A program made the translations under genes and the position numbers. Source: Kudoa neothunni (taxonomy: Eukaryota; Animalia; Cnidaria). Taken from it: a stretch of DNA of 64,000 nt. The stretch lies in the NCBI GenBank assembly GCA_964304625.1, contig OZ199838.1, forward strand, positions 4,042,705 through 4,106,704. The letters are read 5' to 3'. Positions 53,753 through 64,000 of the stretch are shown piece by piece. Under the pieces are notes generated by a model. It was given only the letters and a program-made list of their open reading frames with translations, was not told the DNA's origin and ran no database searches. The first letter of the stretch is position 1. The number at the start of each line of letters is the position of its first letter.

Positions 53753-54757
53753 TTCGAATTAATTATTTATAGTCCTATTAATATTTAGTAAATTAATCAT
53801 AATTTTTGTAATAATATAAACGTTTATATTTATGTGATAGCTCTAATTAAAAAAATTCCACCCGGCCTCTCAAAAGACGTTTCTAAACCCGGTTTATAAG
53901 GGTTTTAAGTTGCCATGATTACTTAAATTAACTCATATACTCGAATATAAGTCATACGAGTAAAGCTGTAGTAAAATGTTTGGATGACTCAAATGAAAGC
54001 GGAATCCATAAAATAAATTTGATTAAAGCGCAAGTTGTTATTAAGCCGGGTCGAATTTTAACCTTTATCCAAGTTAAATAAAATAAGACTATAGGATAAA
54101 AATAATGATTTATTTTGTGATCCCATAATTTGCGAATAATCAATTTTAACATTGAAGATTTAGCTTCATCATAGACTGAGGAAGAAATTTCCTTTGAGAT
54201 GAATGTTATAGTTCAATAATTAACATTGGTGTAAACTTATTTTGATTCATAAAATACTTTTAAATGCCAATAAAATGTGTTTTTGTGACCAATTGCGCAA
54301 ACAGTTTCCATTTTAAACCCTACATTTCCCGCCACAATCTACCAGTCAGTCAATGAGCGGTTTACGCATTTTTGAAAAATGGTACAATTTTAATAGCTGA
54401 TTCTGCAATAAAGACATAATAAGTCTTTAGCATATTAATTGAAAAATTTAAGTTTAAATAATGTGTTAAGGTTAAAATCTTGTTAATCTTTAGCCACTTG
54501 ACTGATTTATTTAAGCGTTTATTCCTGCCACCATTTTTTAAATATATTGATCAAGCTTAATTGCAAAAATATTAATTGAATCCAACAATATTTTGTTTGG
54601 GTCAAAAAATAAGAAAATACTTCCGCGATTTCCCAGAGATGAAAAATCTGGTACTACAAAGAACCTTAACATATCTGCCATGTCCTCATTTAATTGGATC
54701 TTAAAAACGAAACTGAAATTACTGATATTTTTAAAAATCTAGATTGATTGTGTGAGC

Positions 54758-55274
54758 TTTTTTTTGTTTACAAGGTCAAACCCCCGGCGCAACTTGTTAG
54801 GTTGTGAAGTTTGGGCTGGTTAGGCCTTATCCACTTACGCTTTAGGCACCGCAGCGTCATATTAAGGCGACTTACGTTTATGTGCTAAGCGTGGGATTTT
54901 AACCTACTAAACATCTTCGTTTCGGAGTAAGCACCACCCCAACCATACCCTGGACTAACCCAGAATTGGTCTGGGAAAGTTGTCTGAGCGTGGGCATCGG
55001 CTCTACGGAAACCCCCTACCCCTACTGGGTTGTATTTCGTTCCTATACCCCGGCGTTTATGATCGCCCGAGTTCTACCTTTCCGCCAGGTTCCCCTCCCA
55101 GTTGCAAACAAGGCCACGATAAATCGTAGATGCTTGCAATTGCTACAGCCTTCCTACCTAATTTCGGACTAAGAATACAGGAACGCCCCAACTAAGCTTC
55201 GAGAACTTACAACCTCACGTTATCGCGGTATACGATCTCGACCTATCACCACTATGCCATATTGTCCAGGCTTT
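54758..55274 (-). mobile_element. tRNA-derived SINE candidate (~515 bp)
   Basis: GC-rich island. On the minus strand: A box TGGCATAGTGG (55259-55249), T-arm/B-box-like taag-TTCTCGAAG-ctta, and an A8 tail (54758-54765). 16-bp TSD gattgattgtgtgagc / gattgattatgcgagc (14/16). Confidence 0.75.
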
Positions 55275-56966
55275 GATTGATTATGCGAGCCAGCTAGTGT
55301 CGTCGTAGAAAGATATATTGATAGTTATTTTAAAGATTTTTAATCAGATTAAAATAGTTGATTATTTAAATTAAAAATTATTTTTTAACTAATTTATGCA
55401 ATTCTAACATTTTAATAAGTTATGCGTCAAATTTTATGGTCGCGAAAGTAACTAAAAAAGTACCTACTGTATTTGTTTCCCGGACATATCAACAAAGGTG
55501 GAATTTATATTTTTTACGCTAATAAGATTGAAATTTTCTTTCTATCTCCAAACAATCAAAAATGGACAGAAATGCATTTTAGGCAGTGGCTATTGATATT
55601 GATCATAATATCCAGGTGAGTGTAGTTTTGAGTGAATTAAATTATTTTTGATTAATAAGGTCAATAGAAATTGGCCAAAAATAATTAATTACATCAAATT
55701 CTAAAAAAATTAACATCATACATAAGCTATAAATAAGAGTTTCTTGGATTAAAAATGGGTACCACGTAAGCATAAAAGCCTTTTAGAATTAAAAATATTG
55801 GTGTCAATAGCCAATACTTTTGTTTTACCACAAAAATCTGCTAGAAGCTTTAGAGAAATTTTGGTCATTTGTCAATTAAATAATGAAACTTCATAATATA
55901 TATGTTCCAGCCGACAGATATTTTAAAATTTGGATCTTATTGTAGGATACATTGTCTTCTACCAAATTGATCTACAGGCCACTATACACTTACTTCATCT
56001 CAACTCATTGACCGAAATTTTGAATCATGTTTCTCCGCTACTAAATTTTGATATTAGTTCTGTTAGCTCTTTTAGATTAGAATATTTTTTCATACTAGGA
56101 AATAACTTTTCATCACTTACTCTTTTGTTACGTTAATTATATATTTAATGGTTGTTTTTCTATCGCCACTACGAATAAAAATAAATTTAACCACTTTAAT
56201 TTGAATTAAATATCGTAATTGTGTCTGTCCTTGTTGGGATTCATTATCTTAAGATAATACTAATTATTATTCGTTTCCAAAAATCCATACCATTTTTAAA
56301 TTTTTATATTTAAAAGCAGAAAATTAAAATATTATGTAACCGTTATCATCTTTAATATTTAGTATTCTTAATAAACGATTGATTTTGTGTTAAAAAGTCA
56401 CGTGCTAAATTGGAGTCCATCTTCTTAGACGAGAGTGCAACTTAATTCGGGTATACACAGCCATTTACTTTAATTAAGTTGTGGATCCATTTGACTTAAG
56501 AAAATATTGATTTCACCATCTTTTTTAATTATAATATTAAAAATTTGTTTTATGGTTTATTTACGCAGGTGTATTTAACAAATTTAAATAAATTCCAAAT
56601 AACTGTCAAAAAAATAATTGTCTTTCAATTGGCGGAAAGTTAAACAATTGAGCGAGCGTTAACCGACATCAAAATTTTCAACTTGTTTATCGTGTTCGCG
56701 CTTAGTCTCGCACCTAAAACTCTAAAGTATTGAAATAACCCAATAAACATTAATCTAAATAAATTCATATTCAACAAATTTAAATATAACATTAATGCAT
56801 AATTTAACAACGAATCAGCGTGGTAAAAAATTATGAGAATGTTTTGTATTCAATTTATTTAGATAAACGAAGATATTCGCCGACTAAAAACCTGTTGTGC
56901 GAGTGTATAACGAAAAACATGGAAACATTTAGGCAATTAGCTATTCAAACATTCATATACATAAAT

Positions 56967-58905
56967 TTATTGGTTGTAATTGTTTCTCCATGCGTCTCTA
57001 TCTGAATGAAATAGAGCAAGATTAAGATTTGATGCAACAATGGCTCCAAAATGATTATTTTCCAGTAGATTCCTTCGACTATCCAACGAGCGTGCAATTT
57101 GTTCTTTCATTTCATTATTGATAGAATTCCATATACACTCGAATGAATAACTACCATATTTACTACAAATGAGGGGTATGGTGGCTACATGATTTTTTTC
57201 TTTCTACAACAACAAAATAAAGCATTTATCATTATTTAAAATTAAATACTATTAAAACTTTCACAATTTTATGTACGTCTTGATCGGTGGTGAGTGGGGA
57301 TTCGAGAAATGCATTCACAATGTGTCCCGAGAATCGGTTGCACATAACACACTTCAGATGACGTATATACAGGGTGCAGAAGCTATCCACAACTAGCCTC
57401 GATATTCCAAGCAACTTTTCCACTAACAATGATCCATGATAGTTGAATTTGCTCTACAGAAACACACACATAGGTAGGTTAGAATAGCACAGACTACACC
57501 ATTTCAAATTACATCATCATCGCTGGTAGCAGACAACGGTGATTCAGGATCAAGAGGTTCGGTCGACAACAACTGATATATGACGTCAACCGAAGCGGTA
57601 GGAGATTCAAATTTGAATGTAGACAAAATTGATAAGGTTAGTCGGTCACAAATAGCCGCATCGACATTGTTATCGTGGATCATGTCAATCAATCTGACAA
57701 TCACTTGAAAATTTCCTTGGTTTAAAACATCATCTAATTTTTCGATAATTTTTCCCGCTATATCAGTAGCTTCAGCTTTGTTCTCTCTCACTCCGCTCAT
57801 ATAAGCTTGAATAACATAATTGCCACAAGGGTGTGTTATTAACTGATCGAAATTGGGTTGTATATAAATTTCATTAATTTTCTTGAAACCCTCTTCACTA
57901 CACATCACACACATTGATTGAATTAGATAACTGGTGGATGGATTGAAAACAGTATCACTATCCAACAGTTCCCACAACGGTGCTACTAACGTATCCACTT
58001 TCGGCTTTTGAGTACGATGTGCACTTGCCAATACACAAATGAATACTCCAATAAAATTTTCACTCAAGTCACTGCTCGTTTTCTCATTTAATAGATAATC
58101 AACAATGGATCGAATGAGTGGTTTCAGTTTTTTTTGATAATGTTTTGGAAGAATCGAACAAATCTTGGTGTATGCGGAGGTGGTGGAAATAGAATTAGAA
58201 TGTGATTTGGTTGGAGTTTGAGTTTTTGACAAGGTGTTATACCGTTTTGTGCGAGATAACCTACTAGAGGTGATATTTTCGTCGATTTTCACACCTCCAA
58301 TCAATTGCACATAGCTACAAAGCACATGCGAAGCGTACACTTTAGTCATCAGATCTAAACCAAATTATCACCACATGTCTCATATTTTATCCTGTATAAC
58401 CTGAAAAACTATTGGACAATAGGTCAAAAAGATGCTCAATATGCGGGATAGACTCTAACTTTATTTTGTAAACATTGTTAGTAGTCATTGTGTCAATCGC
58501 TGTTTGAATAATATGACTCGCGTATTTATTGTCAATTAAATCTGGTAGTTTTGGTCTAATTATTCCAAAAAACTTGTCCAACAAATTTATGTCCATTATA
58601 GCGATCAATTTCTGTATGGTTACACTTACGATATGGTGCGTACAATAATCGAAAGGATTTTCCTGAATTTGATCGCACACATTAGTAAGCAATTGCATCT
58701 TGGTTGCTGTATCATTAGAAGAGTTGTTATTTTCAGGTTGGCATAATGACTTTTGTACTCTTATAAAATATTCCACAATATCATGTGGTAGGCCTAGATC
58801 ACTGGATCGATCCTTGAGAAGCTTCTTAAGGCGAGATTTTTGTTTACGCTTATTTTTTTGATAGTCATTATAGACACGCTTAGGGGTTTTACCTGCCTTG
58901 TCCAT
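56967..58905 (-). CDS. NOP9: Nucleolar protein 9 (PUF-like repeat, 18S rRNA maturation), multi-exon
   Basis: PUF-like repeats SVTIQKL, YASHIIQT, YASHVL, HPCGNYVIQ, RFSGHIVNAF. C-terminus NHFGAIVASNLNLALFHSDRDAWRNNYNQ* resembles the NOP9 tail. Confidence 0.88.
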
Positions 58906-58989
58906 CGGTAGCAAATTTATCACACGGTTATGTTGCGCTTGCGCTATTGTTTAATCCAAACACGGCCCGTATCCCTCTTATTATTGATA
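58906..58989. promoter_or_regulatory. 84-bp bidirectional promoter between NOP9 and URI1
   Basis: Divergent ATGs at 58905 and 58990, with a GC motif tgcgcttgcgct at 58934-58945. Confidence 0.7.
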
Positions 58990-59957
58990 ATGGCAACAAC
59001 TTCATCTACTGAAGTATTCCACTTGACTGACTCTATACGTTATGCTAATTTAGATTGAATATCTACAATATCAAATACATTTATGGTAAGTGTATTGAGA
59101 TTGTATGATAAATGTGCTGAGTCGATCTAGCAAACAAAAGTTGTGCAGTTATAATAACATGATTGATCATGTTAAACAACAAGCCAATAGCACAAATAAT
59201 GGCGAATCGTCGAATATTACACAATTAGTAGATGCTTATACTAAAAACTCCGTCCTTAATATTTTCTAAAAAATAGGTTAATTTTAAGGGGGTCGCGTTG
59301 TTTCCTAGTATTCCTGTAGATCCTAGCAGTTATTACGTAATGGCAACCGATGATGGTAATATTTTACAGCGAATGGATCACAATGAACTGCTTATTTATT
59401 TGGATACAATGAAAAATAGTGATTTTCGTGTACAATGTAATAGGTACAATTTGATATTAGAGTTCCAGGCTAAATTGGATCTATTTCGAGATGAATTAAC
59501 AAAATTAAGTGCCTACAATAAGGATTCACTCCCCCAAAAGGCAACAATTTCAAAAGTGGGAGTAAATCTAATTGAATCTGATTGGCAATTCTATTTTGTA
59601 TGGTGTGAATTAGGATTATTATGAAATTGTTGAGCCATGTATCGACCAAGCGTCTACAAAATGTAAGATATTTTTTAAGCCAAATTTAGACGTTGGTATC
59701 ATTAATTTTTAGGCAAAACTCGTATTGCTCACAAACCAAAATATTCAGCGAATCACCAAGAAAAAATTCATAATGATATTCATTCGCTTTCTGTAAGCAA
59801 AAAGGATACCTCCTCAATATCTTCCAAAGTCGTATCTGATATTAAAGAATCGTCCAAAAATTCGAATCCTGCATTATCTAAAAATCCAACCAATAACATC
59901 AATAAGCCAGTTTCCAAATTCAAGCAGGAAATGATTTCAAAAAATTGTCATTTTTGA
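58990..59957 (+). CDS. URI1: URI1/Bud27 unconventional prefoldin RPB5 interactor, compact multi-exon form
   Basis: Alpha-prefoldin-like IEYLQYQIHL(C)KQKLCSYNNM..|VNFKGVALFPSIPVDPSSYYVMATDD (cf. VPFGPFAFMPGKLVHTNEVTVLLGD) and a C-terminal URI box KPVSKFKQ. Confidence 0.75.
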
Positions 59958-60073
59958 TTTATTTTGCCAAGAATTAATGTATATTTCATCGTTTTCTCGA
60001 TGTGTAGTATTTTTAATTGTGATTTTCTCGTTTATTAAATGCGACGTTAAATTTTTATTTATTCTCTCATTAA

Positions 60074-62338
60074 CCTTCCAAGTAAAATGGGGTATTTTTA
60101 TACCCCAGGCCTATTTAATAATCTTTAATTTTTTACCTCAAATCTAGGTCTAAAATTTTTTATATTCCGTCTAATCTTTTAACGTTATATAATACATATT
60201 CTACCTGATGCAAATTTATTTTTGTTTTGTAAAATAAAATATAACGCCAAAATACCCTCCAAGTAAAATTAGGGTATTTTTACACCCCACATTTTTATTA
60301 AACTAAATTATTCCAAATACAAAATAATATTTTTTGGGGAAATTTGATACAATTTCATCGACGAATTATTGTTTAAATCAACAAATAGTACTGGTTATAT
60401 TGTAACGCGCGTGCGCTGTTGGACGTTAGGAATATGAGCTCGAGTGAGTATGGCGGCAGCTGCTCTGATACTGATTCTTCTGACCTGGATTATTCCTTTA
60501 TATGTGATACGTCATCAGATAATTTGGAAGTTGAAACCAATGCTCCATCTGACTCTTTAATAGATAAGAATGGAACCTTATGGACAATTGGAAAACCCTC
60601 GACTTCTAGAACTGCGGCCGAAAATATTTTGACCAGTCGTGCTGGTGTTTCATCCTTCGTTTTTCAGAATGTTAATGAAATTATTGATACGTTTAAAATG
60701 TTTTTTTTGCCAGGAAATGTATGATTTAATTTTAAAACATACAAATCAATACGGTAAACATTTTTTGGTGATGCTTGGAAGCAATTAGATAGTGTCGAAT
60801 TCGATGGGTTCATCGGATGTTTATTGTTGATGGGAATATTTGATGATAATCAACAACCAATCAAAGAATTGTTTGGGTTAGAAGAGGGAAGACAAGTTTA
60901 TCGTGACCTATTTTCTTTAAATAGATTCCGACAAATCAAGAAAGCTCTTCATTTCGACGATTTCGAAACACGAGAGATAAGAAAAATATCAGATAAATTC
61001 TGCCACATTCGTGAACTCTGGGATATCTAGGTCGACTCACTTATCCAAAGTTTACGACCTTTTGAGGATCTTTGCGTCGATGAGCAACTTGTGGCTTTTA
61101 GGGGTCGTTGTAAATTCAAACAATATATGCCAAAAAAGCCTTCAAAATATGGCCTGAAGTTTTTTTAATTACTGACCTAAAGTCAACTTTTGTTTGCAAT
61201 GCGATTGTCTATTTGGGGAAACGATCTCAATATGGCACAAGGGCTGTGAATGTTTGGAGGAATATTGTTTTAAAGCTAGTGGAATCATTGAAATGTCCTG
61301 GTCGAAACGTGGTATGCGACAATTTTTTCACGTCAATTGAGTTAGCGGATGAATTGTTACAAAAAAAACTTACGATTGTTGGAACGATGCGTTCAAATAA
61401 GAGGGAGATACCACCATATTTGAGACCAGATAAAACGACTCCTCTTCATTCATCTCTTTTTGTTTTTAATAACAAAAAAATGATGCTAAGATATCTGCCT
61501 CGCAGAAATAAACCCGTTTATATGCTTTGTTCATCCTCAACAAACACCCAAATATCAACAGAAAGGCCACTAAAACCCGATGTCATAATGCATTACAATG
61601 CAGTAAAAGGCGGAGTTGATACGATTTCCAGATTATTGGCAGCAATAAATGTGAGACGAATATCTTGTCGTTGGTCGTTAATTGTTTTCTTTAACATGGT
61701 TGATATCAGTCTGATTAATGCGTTTTGTATATACAAAAATTTATTCCCTTCCTCAAAATTACTCCGGAGGGAATTTTTGAAAATGATGGCAACCCAATTG
61801 ACACATCGACTGCTTTTGAGACGGAAACAAAATATGACAGCTAGTGAAGATTCCTCTGTTATAATTGGACAAAATAGTTACGGTAGATGTCGATTTTGCG
61901 ATAGGAAGTATGATAGAAAAACCAAAATAAAATGCGACGTTTGTGCTTCATCTTGCTGCAAATTCCATTCCAATCATATTTGTTTTATTTGTTTAAACCG
62001 ATAATTATATGTCAATTTTTTCTTATTCTTATGTTCGTTCATTTAACAAAATAATTCTAGTGCTACTTAAAAGCTTTCCTAAAATAGAATCTTAAACGTA
62101 TTGTCAATAAACACTCTACTTCTGCAATGTGATCAAATTAGATTTGTGCGCATGCGCGGTCCATACTTAGCTAGAAATATTGGTCTATAATTTCAAATTT
62201 AATCAATAAATATACTTCAAAATTTTCAAAAATAATTATTTTCGAATTCTTAATCGTTTGGTTTAAAAAAATGTGGGGTGTAAAAATACCCCAATTTTAC
62301 TTACTCGGAGGGTGTAAATTTTGCAGTGACTTAGAAGG
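60074..62338 (+). mobile_element. piggyBac element, full length, with defective transposase (60434-62004)
   Basis: TTAA-ccttccaagt .. acttagaagg-TTAC. Subterminal inverted repeats at 60255-60291 / 62272-62312. Motifs LCVDEQLVAFRGRCKFKQYMPKKPSKYGLK, CDNFFTS, YNAVKGGVD and C-terminal CRFC..CDVC..CKFH..CFIC; stops and frameshifts. Confidence 0.95.
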
Positions 62339-63346
62339 TTACATTAGCTTATTTAAGTGAAAATTTACTTCTAAATTACATCATTCAAATAATGCTAAAT
62401 GAAACCCTTTCTTCCAATGTTTAAATAAAAATTTTTGATAATTTTAATGCAAAAAAATTAATATTGTGTATTTTTTACGAATGAAATGTGACTTTTAAAT
62501 ATTTTATTTGTTTTCGTATACTGTGAAGGTTATTCACTTGTGTGTAGTGACGGATTGTTGTGGATGTTACTGGTTGTGATATTATAGATATAAGTTATTG
62601 AAAAAATATTTAGTTATTGTTAAATATTATGTAATAGTTCATTATAATTAGGATATCAATCTTGTTATCACCATTTTCATGCGGTACATTCAAATTGAAT
62701 TTTCTGGCGGCTGTAATTGTGGTGAATTAGCTTTTTGGACCGTGAGCCACAGTTTGATGTTTAAAAACTCCCAAAAGTCATATAAAATAGCGTTATAGAT
62801 ATGTATTCTTGCGAAATTTAGTGGCAATAAAATGCCAAATAATGGACAGGGAATTTTTATTTGTTTTAATTTTAGTTGCCGGTGAAAAAGAGCCAAGGTT
62901 TTGTATTGATGAGGATAAATGATATAAAGCTACAGAAAGGTTTGACAGGGATGAATGACACTATAAATAAACCCAACAAACCTTCATCATTTGTATTTAA
63001 TTTTATAGTTGATAAATATATTTTTGCGTAAGTTTTCTACTCTAAAATTAAGACAGAAAGTTTTTTGATATAAGTTTTAAAATTAAATCGAAAAACAAAA
63101 TTGAATGGAATAATGGATTAATAATATTTTTTTCAATTTAAAGTATATTACTTTTGATTTAAGAATTAACACAATGGACAATATTTTATTTGATATCTTT
63201 TGTACTTATTCGAATGAACCTAGTTTTATTTAATTTAATGTTGATCGCATTTCATATGATTCCAACTGCGAATGTAAATTCCTAATTAAAAAGTCGTCCC
63301 ATATTCGTAAATCTTGCCAACTCTACGACTCAATAAAATCAATTAA

Positions 63347-64000
63347 CCCTCCCGGGACCAACTGGGGTCATTTGTTACCCCAATTTCGGTAGATTGATTT
63401 TTTTCGCATATTGAATTAAATGATAGGACTCAAAGCTTCTGGATCCCCTAATTAGAGTCTGTGATTGATCATTATAAAGTAATGAAGAAAAAAATTTATC
63501 GTATGCATATTTTATTTCTCCAATATTCCAAGTATGAGTTAATTAAAGTCGATTGTACACCAACACATGCGAATATTCCATACTTTCTATAATAACTATA
63601 GAAATTGAAAATTAATCTCCACACTAATTCGTTATGAATTTTAAATATTGTATAATAAATAAATATAGAATAAATAGTTCGACAAATGTATTAGTTTTTT
63701 ATTGTGAATAGTTATTGCACCCTTCACGTTTATTATGCTCAAAAAGTTGGACAATGTTTAAAATTTAAAAATTTTATCTAAACATTTAATATTTATCTTT
63801 TTAAAAAAAATGTTTGCATTAAAGTAGGAAATTATTTCTATCTTAATAAAAAAAACTTAATAAAATATGTTAACCGTTTTCTGATGAAAAAATTATGACT
63901 CAAATATATTTTTAAGAAAAATTTTCAAAAACAAAGTAACTAAGATTATATGACTGTCGAAAAAGTTTTACAAATATCCCTAATAATATTAACTTTATTC
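63347..64000. mobile_element. End of another piggyBac-type element (probably runs off the window)
   Basis: TTAA + ccctcccgggaccaactggggtc, nearly identical to the end at 13662. Confidence 0.7.

Noticed and set aside
54950-54965. ctaaccc as a telomerase RNA template
   Set aside because: Only about one repeat unit with no alignment region; the SINE hallmarks on the opposite strand explain the island better.
1-64000. CRISPR arrays, operons, rRNA/tRNA genes, alternative genetic code
   Set aside because: No regularly spaced repeats or intact structural RNA genes were seen. Stops inside host genes are explained by introns wherever I resolved the junctions, and stops in transposases by decay.

Overview
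Eukaryotic, very AT-rich animal-type DNA with tiny spliceosomal introns (those measured are mostly 37-62 nt) and strongly diverged proteins. This fits a reduced parasite genome such as a myxozoan cnidarian, but the taxon is an inference. Seven host genes can be read: ASH2L (minus, essentially invisible in the ORF track because of ~15 micro-introns), BTAF1/Mot1 (minus), coactosin (plus), UNC79 (plus), CPSF1 (plus, split by a 3.2-kb transposon-filled intron), and NOP9 (minus) head-to-head with a compact URI1 (plus). A large part of the window is decayed DNA transposons: two MULEs with perfect 9-bp TSDs, three intron-containing Tigger/pogo copies nested in one TIR-bounded element, piggyBac elements, a Merlin/ISXO2 relic and several hAT MITEs. 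There is also a tRNA-derived SINE candidate. No prokaryote-style novel operon or CRISPR array is present. The most unusual signals are a 42-bp TIR-only MULE, an N-terminally truncated ASH2L with a probable GC-AG intron, splice donors reduced to little more than GT, structured introns, and an NRF1-like motif just upstream of host and transposase start codons. Exon structures were worked out by eye and homolog comparisons are from memory, not from searches.
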